A stretch of 64,000 nt of DNA from Lama guanicoe (lineage: Eukaryota): the NCBI GenBank assembly GCA_013239625.1, contig MU053881.1, positions 6,161,957 through 6,225,956 on the forward strand, written 5' to 3'. Of this stretch, positions 25,741 through 38,950 are shown one piece after another. The notes beneath the pieces were generated by a model. The model ran no database searches, was not told the origin of the DNA, and saw nothing but the letters and a program-made list of their open reading frames with translations. Position numbers and translations under genes: made by a program. The first letter of the stretch is position 1; each line of letters begins with the position of its first letter.

Positions 25741-28700
25741 ACGAGGGACAGAAGTGCAGGGTTCTAAGTCATAAGAGCATCCTCTGGCTTGGCTGCTCCG
25801 AGAGCTAAGTTTATGGTTAACACAGTCGGCTCTGCCTTATGGAAGGGAGACTCGGGACGTGGCTGCTGCCGGCTGAGGCGGTGGTGCCTGTGCTGGGGGA
25901 GCCTGTACACAGGGCCAAGGGAGGACGGAGCAGCCTTGGGACTGGGGCGTCCAGGAGGCTCTACCAGATTTCTTGTGTGGTATTTTGCAAGGAGGCCATG
26001 CATTACACACAACTTAGTAGGTGCAGGCATGAAGATTTCCCCCTTTCTAACTGTTAAGTTAGAACAAAATGCTGTAGTCTCCCACTCACTCAAAGCCTCT
26101 GTTTCTGAGTGTTGGTCAACTGACTTCTCAGTGAGTAACTGCCCATAATAACAGCCTTTCTGTGCTCTGCAGGGTACCTGCAGAGGTTGTGGGTCATCCT
26201 TCCACAAGCCCCTGCTATTCCCCACTTTTTGTGGGGAAGCAAGAAAGTCTTTGGTTTTTTCCCTTAAAGGAAATATTGGATTCTGGAATTTGATTTAATT
26301 TTTTTAATTGAAAAAAATCTTTCTAAGGACCTTTGAACATTGAATGCATTTAAGTGAATCAAATAGATATGCATCTTTAACATGTCAGCAAGGCTGCTTT
26401 AAAGGTTTTTTTTTTTTTCTTTTTTAAGTTTGGATCAGCATTATCCCTGTTTGTTCTTGGGAGGTGAGAACTTGCTATCTTTCCAGAATGGGCCCCCTTT
26501 TCCAGAGTTATCCACTGGCTTCTTCCCTGGTGGCGATCTGCTCCCAGTTGCCTGTCGCCTCTCTGGAGTCAGCTGGCGGTATCAAAGCCAAGACTGTATG
26601 AAGGAGGCCAGAGGGAGACAGACAGAGGGAACAGCGGGGCGGGCGGGCACATGCATCTGTGGTCTCGGGTATTTCTGCCAGAACCGACACTCTGTTGCCC
26701 TTTTGTTTTTTTTCCTTGACAAGAGTCTGCTTGGAAGTGAATGCACCCACACCAGTCTGTGGCTCTCTCTTCCCCTTGTTCAAAGGTCTCCTCATTCAGC
26801 AGGGCTCGGTGACGAGCTCTCCACGGCCCCATCCGCACTCAGCTCTTGCACCAGGATTGCATGTCAGTGCACCTCTGGGTGGGCTCCTCTGCAAGTCCAT
26901 TTGCGGAACAGCCCATTCCACCCTCAGCTAATCATCAACCCCGCTATTTATTGAGCAGCTGATGGGGTGGGTAGATATGAGCAAAGCAGGTATCCTTGTG
27001 CCCAAATTACCGCAGCTCACAGAGCTACCAGCTGGGGAGCACTGCGACTTAAACTTGCCAGCTCTCATTCTCAGCCCTGCCTCCCTGTCGGAGTGACGAG
27101 CATTCTGGGCTGCACACAGCCCTTTCAGCCCCCTGGTCTCTCACTCAGGCCCACCACGACTCTCTTCTCCCTCCTCACTTTGGACGAGGTTTCTAGAGCA
27201 CAGTGCCACCCCCCTTCTCCCTTCTGGAACCCCACTTTTACAGCCTGAATCTTAAGTCCTGCTTCCAGTCTCACTTCCAGACCCTCCTCCTCAGTGGCCA
27301 CCAGGGGAATTTCCCTGAAATTACACCGTCAGCACTCACAGGCTTGCAGCGAGCCTTCCAGCACCTCGGCTTCACGCACAGGACGATGGCTGAGCTCCTG
27401 GACAAGGAATTCAGCCCCCAGGGGGTGGGTCCTCATCCACACGGCTGCTCTGCCGTCCATCTCTCCCTCACACATGCTGCCCTCCTGACCCAGCACCTGT
27501 CCCTCTCCCCATTCTTGGGGTGACTTCTCTACGGGGAGGACCCCCGATCCCAGCCCCACCTGCATAGTCTGCAGGTGGAGCTGAGGTGGACCATTCCTCA
27601 CCCACATTCCTCTGCGCCCAAGCCCTGTACCTGCCTACCTACCTACCGCTGGTAGACATCCATCTGCCCAAACCTCTATGGGAGTTCCTCCAGGACAAGG
27701 AGCCTTTTATTGTAGTGTCCCTAGCACCAGCCACAGAGTAGGGCCCATGGTGGGTGATGAGGAAGAGTTTGTTGAGCCCAAAGGTGAATGAACTGTCTTT
27801 GATGTTTATAAGAAGGTAACCACCCCTGGAAGTGTTCCGATGACCCTTCTCCCCTTGCTGGGGAAGGTTTTGATAGTAGGTTTTCATCAAGGAGACGCAA
27901 TTGGGAGATGTCACTAAGAAGGTGAAAGACTGGGAGGGCATTAGGGTTAGAAGAAAAGACAAAAAACAAAACAAAACAAAACCCAAAAAACAAAAAATCC
28001 TCAACAGATTCCAAATGGCACCAAGTACATCTTCAAACTTCTTGCCTGATGTTGCCTTTCTGTGCCAGGCTCACTTATGTGTCCGAGATGCATCTTGGGG
28101 CCAGGCAGGGGCTTTTATCCTGGTAATTGCCCAGGCTTCTGTCTTTTCTGATCTCTTATCATCTCTGTTGAAACTGGCCTGTGTCTCCCACCAGCCCCCA
28201 AGTCCTTACCCACACATGCTGCACTTCAGCCTGTCCAGGGGGGCGTAAATATAGCCTATACTTAACGTATGTCTAAATTCACTCATTACTGGAAGAGCTA
28301 TCAGTGTTGACGTGTTGGGACATCCATTTTAATTATGGAAAGGGACCTCCTTATCAATTATTTAAAACCCACAGAAAATAACCCACTGAAAATAAGAGAG
28401 AAAAATTATCTCTGTCTTTTGCCTTGAAAATTTGACACAGAGAGCACATACACTCACACACACACAGAAAATTACGCCCGCACATGCAGAAACACACACA
28501 CACTGAGGTCCACTCATCACTTTGATTCTATTCTTCCAGCTTCTAAGAATGCCACTTTTTGAAAAGGGATAAAACAGCAGAAATTTAAATGTTGGCTGTG
28601 TTTGAGAAAAGCCATTGAGAAACAAACAAACCAACATCCCAAGTTGGCATTATGCATTTGAAAGAATATTTAGTTGAAGTAACTGACACCCCTTCTGAAC

Positions 28701-29709
28701 TCAAACCAGTCTGCAGAGCTAGTCAAAGCAAAGTGAAAGGTTGAGAGAAGTATCCAAATCATTCAGGGTAAAAACACCTTCTGAAGCATCCCAGTGATTG
28801 AGATCAAAGGGCTTCCTTGGGCATTTGTCCTCTAGAGTTGCTTTTTTGCACATGGAACAGCCATTTTGTCTCATAAACGTTTTAGGTTCAACGTCTCCAT
28901 GCTGGATACTGAAAACTAGGAAAACGCAGTGAGTTTTGAAACTTTTAAGAAAGAAGGGGCTGAGAACTTAGTGAGTTCCTACCATCTTCAAGGCCTGGTG
29001 CTGGGCATCCGAAGAAACACAGAACAGGTTAAGGAGGCCCTGCTTAGTCTAAAGTTTCATCTTTTGGTGTCTGACGGAGATTTTTAGTGTTGTTGTTTTT
29101 AATCGTGGTGTCCAACGTGTTTAAGAAACAAAACAAAACAAAACATTGAGCCGTGTAAACTGAATTGGTGGCAGGACTATGGGTCACTTTCTTTCTCCCC
29201 GTCACTCCTCTTCTACGTCTTAAGCATTATTAAAGCTTTTGACTTAATTCAAGATGTACTCATTTATTTTCAAAAAACCTGAAAATTTTCGCAAATGACA
29301 ACATGATACAGTAAAAAGCAAAAGCCTCCTCCACTCCCTCCGGCATTCTTTCCCCAGCACACATTTTGGTTGATGTCTGTTGGTTCCATTTCTTGTCCGA
29401 TGATAGACTGGGGCACACCTGTAGATGTGTTTTTTTAAGAGATGTAACATATATATTACTTTGCAGGTGAATTGTTACACTCAATAATGCATCGCGGACA
29501 TCTGTCCATGTCATTATCTATCAATTTCCCCCATTCTTTTTAATGGTTGTCTTCTATGCTGCAGTATGAATGGTTTGGTTTCACTTTATGTGACCAGTCT
29601 CTAAACGGTAGACAGATGGCTATTTCCAATTTTTCCTTCTTATGTCCACTGCAGAGAACACCCAGGTACATGTAGTTTCGGACAATTATGCTAGTATCCT
29701 TAAATGCCT

Positions 29710-30125
29710 TTTTTAAAAAAATTGAGGTGAAATTCACATAGCGTATAATTAACTGTTTTAACACACACAATTCCATTGCATTTGGTGTATTCACAATGTT
29801 GTGCAACCACCAGATCTCTAGTTCCAGAACTTCTTCATCACTGCAGAAAAACTCCCTGTACCCATTAAGTAATCAGTCCTAATTCTCCTCTTCCTCTGTC
29901 CCCAGTGACCATTAATCTCTCCTCTGTCTCTATGAATTTGCCCTTTCTGGACATTTCATATAAATGGTATCATATAGTATGTGGCCTTTTGTGCCTGGTT
30001 TCTTTCACTTAGCATAATATTTTTGAGGCTCATCCAAGCTGTAGTACATATGGATACTTCCTTTTTATGGCCAAATACTATTCCATTGTAGACCACAATT
30101 TGCTTATCTGTTCATCTGCTGAAGG
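29710..30125 (-). mobile_element. L1 (L1MA/MB) 3' end fragment
   Basis: ttgaggtgaaattcacata...cacaatgttgtgcaaccacc...ctggacatttcatataaatgg...ctttcacttagcataat, the classic antisense L1 3' UTR. Confidence 0.85.
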
Positions 30126-33100
30126 ATTAAAATTCCTTCTCAGAGGAAACAGCCAAGGAGAGCAAGGTGTTCAGTGGGCCTCACAGGGGGCCCTGGTCTC
30201 AGGCATTACACGTCTTTTCCTAGAAGCCGCCCAGGCCATTGTGCCTCGTATCCTGGAGACCTTCTGCCCAAGAACTTTTGTTTGTTTTGGTTGTTGTTTT
30301 CTTTTTTTCTCTTTAATCAAGAGTAGGGTAAAAGAGTCATCGGCCCTCAAGTGTCTCATGATATGGAGTTTCTCAAACTGGAGAGAAATTTGAGAAAGTT
30401 ACTGGCTTGGTCAGTTTTTATTACACATGCTAGGAAATAATCAGTTCATCGTACAAAGTATTCCCACTGCTCCTAAATCCTGGCCCTTGGGGACTAGAAA
30501 AGATGGCAACAATAATAACCCTTACACTACAGCCAGGGTTGTGTGGGCTTGGTGGTGGGGAGGGGAATAGCTCCCTATAATCCAACAAAATATATCCAGC
30601 TGGGGTCAGTGTTTCTTCTGAACACTGCAAATGGGAGCTGTATTTGTCTTTCTTTTTCACTTCCTTTTTCTTTGGCCCCTTAAATCTTTTTAAAGGGGTT
30701 CCCTATGTGCCAGGATCTAAAGATGGAAAGAAATGGCCCTGCCCTGGTGAGCTCATGTCAGAGAGGGAAGATGGACACATGAAGAAAGAATGCTGCCCCT
30801 TTGGGGCAAGCAGGAAAGTGGAGGGATGGGAATGCACCCACCCATCCATATGAAAACGGAAGCATCCAACTACTTGTCCGGATGCCTACTTGGCTGACAT
30901 CACGGGACAAAAGGTCCAGGTCTATAATGGGGTTGCTTGCTTTCTCCTCACATCAGTACTGCCTTGCAGGGGTCAGTGCTGTGAGGTTTCCACAGACCTG
31001 GATTCAAACTCTGCTCCACTGACCAGCTGCCCAACCTCAGGCAAGGGCCTTACCCTTCCCAGGGCTTCACTTCCTGACCCACCAAATGAGGACAGTGCTA
31101 GCTCTCAGCTGTGAAGATGAAGATAGATGCGTGTAAGCAAATTGAACATTATAGATATTCAGTAAATATGCATCCTTTCCCCAGTTCTGTGTCAATCCAT
31201 TTTCCCCATAGCTTTTGAGCTAACAGCAGTTCAGCCTCTCAAAGTCCTATTCTCCACTGGGACTAAAGACCAGTGGTGCCCCTGGAAATGTCTCAGGGGG
31301 GCCTCAGGTTGGGCTGTGTTCCTCTCCTACTTTGCAGAAAACTTGGTATCTTTCTACTTAGAATCAGCATTCTACGTCCATGTTCCAAATTCTCCTTCCT
31401 TGGTGTGAACTCTCTCTTTACAGCTCTCAGAAAACCTCTTCTGGTCACAGAGCCTCTCACCTCCAGCCTGTGCTCTCAGGAGCCCCAGAAGCTCCTGAGA
31501 ATCACCCAAATCTGGCCTCCCACAAAAGGGTGCAGCCACGGTTGTCCTCTCCTGACAAATTGAGCCCGAAGCTGTGAAGATCTCTTCTGTTAGAACTTTT
31601 TAACGGTGTCATAAATCTTTTATTAACATTTGGTATTATACTAATTAAAACTGTTCTCTGTATGTATTATTAATTTCCCTAGCACTTCTTGCCGGGGTGA
31701 CGTTTTCAGCCAGCTAAGCAGAATGTAGCACAGTAAATAAGAAGCAACTCATTTCCAGACAATTAGCCTTGCAGAAAAATAAGTTGGTTAATGGAAGGCA
31801 TGATGATTACAAATTTTACCTAAATAAACAGGGTATCTTAATGGTAACTCTTCAAGCTAAGTAAACAGATTGGGGTGGTAATGTCCTAAGCAATACTTAA
31901 ATGTAACTGTTTAATAAATTGGTAAATTACTCATTTCATCTTAGAACAAAATGGTAATACTGTAGTAATAACCTAGTATATATTCCGTAAATATGAAGCA
32001 TTATCACTTTAGCTCTGTAGAAATCACCACAGTGATATGTCAGCATTGATCTAAAACTGCAGCATTTTATCTCAAGTTTATTACCCATTTTTGAGAATCG
32101 CTGAGATTTTCAGAGCATAATGGCAATAAAAGAAGAATTTAAAAAGCGCTTTAATGTGCATAAGTTAATCAGAGGTATCCTCGGGGGGAAAAGGAAATTT
32201 GGTAAAACATGAATTATAAGCATCATTTAAACTTACTTTGGACACTAGAGATAATAAATGGCACCATAATTTAGAAATAGCTTTTAACATCAATGACGGT
32301 AAGTACCACTTTACTGTTCATAAGAATTGCAGAGCAATGGTGCTGAGGCCAATTTTATTAGCCATTTTTTTCTTTATAAAAGCAATCCAGCCCTTTCCAC
32401 AACTGAGGAGACAGGAACAAGAGTTACGTGCTAATATGCAAAATGCATTTAAGTTTTTTGAAATAGAGAATAATAAATTGTGCCAAAAGATACAGTCTGG
32501 AGACAAATGAATGATCATTTAAAAAGAATAAGGCACTCTCGGAGTTTACATATTTGGGGAAACTTGATAAAAAAAAAAAGCCAACAAATTGTTCATACAT
32601 TTTCTCATTTGCCAGAGCACGCGAGTGTGCTTTCAAATTGGAGAGATGAAGCCATAAATCCCAAAGACTGGAAGATGCCGCAACAGAAGTACATTTTTGT
32701 AAATTGTCACCATTGACAAATCATTTTTAAACTATTCAGAGTGCAGGTTTAGTCTTCTCTTCAGGGTGCCCAAGCAACCCGTCTTCAGAGAAGCCTTCAG
32801 ACTCTGACCTGTACTTACCAAGCACGGCCCGAAGGGGGTTGTCGGGGGCGGGGTGGGGTGTTGCTGGCAGTCACACAGCTCAAGCCGAGCAGCGCAAGCT
32901 GTGGGTCGGACAGTCGCCAGGACTCACCGAGCTACCTACTAAGCACCCAGCGCGCTGGGCATCACGGGGCCCAGCAGAAGCCTGTCTGGTGCAGCGCATG
33001 GCCAGGCTGGCAAACCCTGGCTTCTGTGGGGGAAACAAATCTAAGATGTCAGCCCGCACCCTGCCCTTCCGGATTCAGTAACACCTCCACCTTCAAGATC

Positions 33101-33599
33101 CTTTGCTTTTCACCGAATGGATTTGAGGACAAACAAAACAATCCACCTTACTTGATCTTCAAGTCTCAGATCCAACTGAGTAACACGGATGTCCACTCTC
33201 CCCTGCTTTTGAACATGAATGTATAACAGATGTGGGGTCTTCATTGAAAGCAGCTCCTTCTGGAGGTAGGTGGGCATGGACTCCAAGAGTACAGTGGGTA
33301 GGGAGGCAAGGAGAGGAGATATTGCCTGGACTGTTTCTGAGGGAGGGAGGCCAGGCTCTTTCCTGCATGCTTGCAGGCAGAGAGCAGGCCTGCAGGCCTT
33401 CTGTACACATTAACTTTAGTTTATCCTTTTGTGTTCATCTTACCTCCAGACACATCATTATCCTCTCACTAAATATCACTGACTTCCCTCCCTCAGAGAG
33501 AATCCAGGAGATAGCAGGGTTGCCTGGCCTCCTCGTGGGAGAAGTCACATTTTGTATGAGAACTCACCTCTCATAACCGTGTCTGCCGCATCTCTGTAG

Positions 33600-34630
33600 A
33601 GCACCCCAACTTTGGTTGAAGAGCTCAGCTTTGGAGACAGATTGGAGCAGCCTGGGCTGATAGATAGAAAACTGTTGCATTCAGGCAGCTAGGCAACCTT
33701 GGGCAAATATACTTTAAATTTGCCAGGGCTTAGTGTTCTCATCCGTAAAATGGGTTTCAAAACTGTTTAATAAGATTATTAAGAGGATTGAACGAGAAAA
33801 TATGCATAATGTACAGAGCACAGTGCTCAGTACAGTACATGGTCGGTGCTCAGCATATGTTAGGTTTCCCCCTTTCTGGAGTCAGAGGGCTAGATTCCAG
33901 TCCATGTCCTGCGTGATGTCGCTGTGTTATTTAACATCCCCAAATCTCACATTTCTCGTCTTCAAAATGAGATCTACTTCCTAGGGTTATTTTAAGGGTT
34001 AAATGCAATCATTTGGGTAAAATGCTTAGTCCACTGTCTGGCTTACATAGATGTTCTAGAAATGCTATTTACTATTATTTTTATTTAATAAATACATACT
34101 TAGCAGTTGCAGTGTGCCAAACGTCAGCAACCAAAGTAAATGGAAGCCCCAGAAGGCAGCAGAGCACCTGGCTTCTCTGACTTAGAATAATCTAGATTCT
34201 CCACAGCCAGTCAGCAGCCATTTCTAGAAGGTTCTCTGTGGAGGAGACATTGCGGACTGAGGTGGGTCAGGACTCTGAGCTCTGACATAAATGGGTTTGA
34301 ATTTTTGCTCAACCGCTTAATGTCTGACCGTAAGCAAGTTACTGATACCGTCTCTGGGTTTGCCTCCTTCTCTCTGTGAGGAGAACAAGAACAATTTATC
34401 TTGGGAAAATTAATCCGCCACTAATAAGACGAACAGTAAATGTATCACAGTGGTTATCATGCATTGGGCTCCTGGTGAAGTGCTCAATGGATTAGGTCGT
34501 TTAATTCTCCAACAACCCTGTAAGAAAGGTCTGTCCTTACAGGGTACACGTGAGGACACAAAGGCTCAGAAGCAAGTGACTCTTCCGAGGCCACGCAGCT
34601 GGTGAGTGGTGAAGCTGGGATTTTAACACA
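33600..34630. mobile_element. Cluster of MIR SINE fragments
   Basis: Repeated MIR-core text (ccttgggcaa..., ttctcatccgtaaaatggg, gtaaaatgcttag, gctggtgagtggtgaagctgggattt). Confidence 0.65.
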
Positions 34631-35059
34631 GGCTTCTTTATGCTCTGTACATGTTGTGGGCATTTTGGTTCAGAGGCAAGTCACACTTAAATACCATCTT
34701 CTTTCCAAAAGCTGAAAATCCTCAGGGTCCAGTGGCTGCGGGTTACCCCATGGCTCGTCAGCACCCGCAGGGGCTCAGAGCCTGCTCGTTAGCGTGGGCT
34801 GAGGGAAAGGGCAGTAGAAGCACCCTGAATCCCTTAGATGGAGTATAAGACCAAGCACCTTCCAACCACCTTCAAGAGGCTCAAAAGAAAAATAACATTA
34901 GCAGCAGCAACAAAAATACTGCTGTAAACACAACCCAAGGTTTTCTGGTTTGTATATGAATTTGTTTAGGAATAACAGTCTTCAGACCATTTGGAATTCT
35001 CTCTGGCAGTCACACAAAAACATTGGCTTTAATAATAAGGAGGTTTGAGGGACCTCCGT

Positions 35060-35260
35060 GGGTAAAAACACATGAGCTGAAGTTAGTGTCCTTGGGTTGA
35101 AGTCCTGGCCTTTAAAGTCAGAGTGACCTTGGGGATGTTGTGTCACTTCTTAGAGCCTCAGTTTCCTCATCTGTAAAATGGGAATTGCAATAGTACCTAT
35201 CTCTGAGGGCTGTTCTGAAGATTATATAAGATTGTGCAAATATTATCAACAAATGGTAAC
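35060..35260. mobile_element. MIR SINE
   Basis: gtgaccttggg...gagcctcagtttcctcatctgtaaaatggga core. Similar MIRs occur near 31000, 44900-46100, 49350-49520, 51310-51440, 53680-53960, 58500-58720 and 61130-61260. Confidence 0.85.
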
Positions 35261-36779
35261 TGCTGGGCAGCCAGAGTCTGGGCTCCGGATCCACTGGGAG
35301 CTGGGGACTGGGTGCACACGGCCCCATCCCTGCTCAGAGGGGCCTCTCCAACAATCAAACTTGAAACTGGAGGCGATAATACGGGGGACCCCATTCCAAG
35401 GTCCTCTCCCTCTGACTTCCTGGGGTTAAGTTTCCTCCCTGTTCTCCCCCATGCCCCTCCTCCTTAGTCCCACCACTTCCTAAGAACAAAAGTGGCCCAG
35501 CTGTGTCGGCCCAGACAGCAGATGCAAGCGTGTGCTGTTTAGCATACTGGCTATTCACTGGCGCCCCTCTGAGCCCAGCACCACCTTCTCTAGCCCCAGG
35601 GTCTCTTCGGGCCTTGCCCACTAGTACCCCCGAGGGCACACCTTCCCAAGAGGGTCGGTCTATTCCTAGAGTGCTCCACATCCCTCCTCTTGGCTGAGTT
35701 TCTGCTGGCAGCTTCTGTGCTGGCAGGAAGGAGAGGATTTTTCCTGGATGGAGGATGGAGGAGGCAAAGGATGCGCCGCCGACCCAGGATCCAGGCCTTG
35801 GAGAGTTTCAACATGTCCCAGATAAATCCATCGATCACTAGGGCTTGATAAAAAAAACCCAGTACATTCCAGGTAGCCAGCCAGCATGGGAGCTACGTAG
35901 GGTCTAGAGGCTTTTAAAGCCAAGCTAAGATTCTTCCATTTGAAGATTTGGCTTCTTTAAAGTTGGGGCAGTCTGGGTCAGCACAAATCTCTCTAGTGAT
36001 CCAGCAGCCGGCAGAGCTTTTCCAGTCTCTGCCCTGTGGTCGGGTGGGAACACAGCCTGGCTCAGGCCCCACAGCCAGCCCAGCCGGCAGACCCAGAGTT
36101 TGAGTCAGAGCCCAGTTAAGGTGTGGGGTGAACCTGGGTGGGTCAGCTGCCTTTTCTGCTCCCCAATTTATTTGTAGAATGAAAACACGAGACTGTTTCA
36201 GGATTCAGTGGGTTGGTGGACGGTGTGAGAACCACTGTACAAATATTCTGTTCAAATATATTTTTTTCTTTTACCCTACTTCCTCTCCACACTGATTGGG
36301 AGCATATTTAAAGGGTTTAATAACTCATTAATTGGCAGCCAGTCTGACACTTCCAGGAACAACTTTTGTCAGATCATTTCAACTAAAGTGAGAGGCAGAT
36401 ACAGCCACAGATCTCAGGGTAACACCAGGACACTGCAGCCTCTAACCAGATCAACCCAGGCCCAGTTTCCCAGGTGACTTCTCCACCAACTGTCCACCTT
36501 CAGTGACTGGAGAACTGACCTCACTGGGGGCCACTGCCCCATTCCTGCCCTTCCCTCCAAAATAGCAATACCTCTGATTAAGCGCCTAGGTTATTAGATG
36601 TTTAATTAGATTTCTTATCTATAAATATATTTTTAAATGCTTCTATACGCATAGTAATTTGAAGAGCAGCTGTATTATGAGCTGTGGGTTTTTTACTTTT
36701 CCTGAAAGTCTTTAATGACTATGCAGCCCTAATTTTACAGATACAGAAATCAAAGCCACTCCAGCAGGGCCGCACAGCA

Positions 36780-38950
36780 AGGGAGCAACAGAAGTGCGCA
36801 GAGAACTCCGGGCCATCGTCGGCTGGGAAGACACCGATCATTGCGGCAGTTCTGCTTGGATTTTGTGTCTGTCGGAACCAAGTGAGTGTGCGACTGGGTC
36901 TGGGCGTCGTTGAGAGGAGGCGCTCATAACCGAGTGAGCAGATGCTTGGGAACGTGGCAGCCTCTCCGGGAGCCGGCAGATTTCGTGCAAGGAAAACCGC
37001 TTTCGGTGTTGAGAAACCTTCCGTTTCCAGAATGCGGGCGCCTGCACCATGCTGGCCCTTCCTGGGCCTTGCTCTGCCTGTGTTTGAGTTGCGCTGTGGC
37101 CGAGATTGGAATTTTGGCGAAGGTACCCAGGAATCTTAAGCGCTGTTGCAACCTAGGCCGGGTCCTTGGGCAGGTTTCAGCAGGAAGTTGCCACATTCTG
37201 AGGTCCCTAACGCGGGGCGCCTAGCAGGACCGCTTCCAAACGGTCGCGTACCGCCTGCTGCAGCCTGGGCCCCGGCCACCGAATCGGCGCGGCCAGTGGC
37301 TGGACCCTCCTGGACCAGGCCGCGTCCTTAGGTTCGCAAGAAGGTCCTCAGGCCCCAGCTGCTTGTGGAACTGACGAGGCAGACGGGCTGGCAGAGGTTG
37401 CCTGGCCCAGGGGCGCAGCCAGGCCTCCGATGTTATCGCCAAACCGGGAGCGGCGCGGCGCCTCTCCCCGTTCCTGCCCGAATGTCAAATGCAGGTCAGC
37501 GCGCAAGCCTGGGAGGCAAGAGCTGGGCACCCTTAGAGCCCAGCATCCTTGGAGTCCACCGTCCGAGCCAGAGCAAGAAGGCCCTTCTGCCTCACTGTGG
37601 CCCCGGGGCTGATGTCAGTGTTGCTGCCGTTGTACCCTGGGTCTGCTGCTCGTCCTTCATTAGGCAAAGTACCCCTTTCCCCCCAAGTATTAGCGGGCTT
37701 TGTTTGGGGGTGGAGAGCGCTGGTCCGACGCCGATGGGCGACTCAGAACTAATTTATGAACTTCCCTGAGCCTTAGTTTTTCCAACTGCAAAATGGGGAG
37801 GGGCATCCAATCCCCTCAGAGACGTGCGAATCGTCAACCACGCTGCATGCAAAACGCGTGGTCCGCAGCCGGCATCGTACAGGGAATTGCTCTAGAAGAA
37901 TCATCCGCTTGCGGAAATCGAGCGGCCCGCCCTAGAGTTTCTCTCTCTCTCTGGCTCTGATTCGGCTGGGTCCTCACTGCATCGCCCAACCCCAGACTCC
38001 ACCGGCGGCGGAGTCTCCCGGGGAGAGCTGAGCGCAGCCTACCTCCCAGTCCCAGGGCCAGGCAGCCTCGCAGCTCTTTGCGAAAGCCTCGGGCCCAGCG
38101 TCCTCCTCCTCCCCTTTCTGGGGGTGGAGCCCCGAAACCGGCTCTCGGGGAAAGCTCCTGCTACCAGCCCGCCTGGGCCGAGAAGCTGCCTCTTGCCTCC
38201 TGGTCCTGCTTATGCAAAATGGACGCGGCTTTAGAGAATCTCTCAACGAGATGAGGGAAGGCCACGGGGAAGGGTGAAATCGCTAGCCCTTGCCCAGAGG
38301 CCTGCTGCTGCTTTTCCTCAGCTCCCTCCGCGGCTGGGCTGGACGTCCACACTTACTTACCCGCCTGCCTCCGGAGCCTTGGCCGCTTCCCGGGGCTAGG
38401 TGGGGGCTGATGTTGGAAGAGGATCGCGAAGAAGGCGCCCTTGTGGGCCTCCCAGCTTACTCCAGATTCTCTTTATCCTAAACTCAGCCTCAGGGGCTCC
38501 TGCCTGATCCGGATATTTCCGTACCCTGGTCGGGAGACTGGAAGTAGTGTTCCTTAATAGGGCATCCTCAGGCTCCCATCCAGCGCAGCCAAAGGCTTTA
38601 CATAGCGGAAGGAGGGCGTTAGTCGCTAAATGGCCTCACGTGGCTCACAATCGCTCCTACCCGCTGAGGGCGCCCGCGCTGCCCTGGGCAAGCATGGTTG
38701 GGAAAAGAATCGCCACCCGGCCCCACAAAGTGGGCTCAGTCCCCCTAACTCGAAGAGACTCCTAGCTCGTTTCTGACTGGACAAGGCTTTGTTGGGACAA
38801 TGTGCTCAGAGAGGGCGAACGCCGTGGAAGCACCGGTGGGGGAAAAACTGGCGCTCCTGAGGGCCAGTGGGACTTTGTCCCGGTCCCCAGGCCTGCCTGA
38901 ATGCCCACACCGGCGGGCCTATCGATCAGAGACCTTTTTGTGCAAAGCAA
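36780..38950. promoter_or_regulatory. CpG-rich island downstream of TLX3 with no recognisable coding gene
   Basis: Elevated CpG and GC over about 2 kb; overlapping ORFs are low-complexity. Confidence 0.6.

Noticed and set aside
25760..27610. 150-170 aa ORFs in the intergenic region
   Set aside because: Mostly non-ATG starts, no coding-like composition or splice pattern, and partly overlapping decayed repeats.
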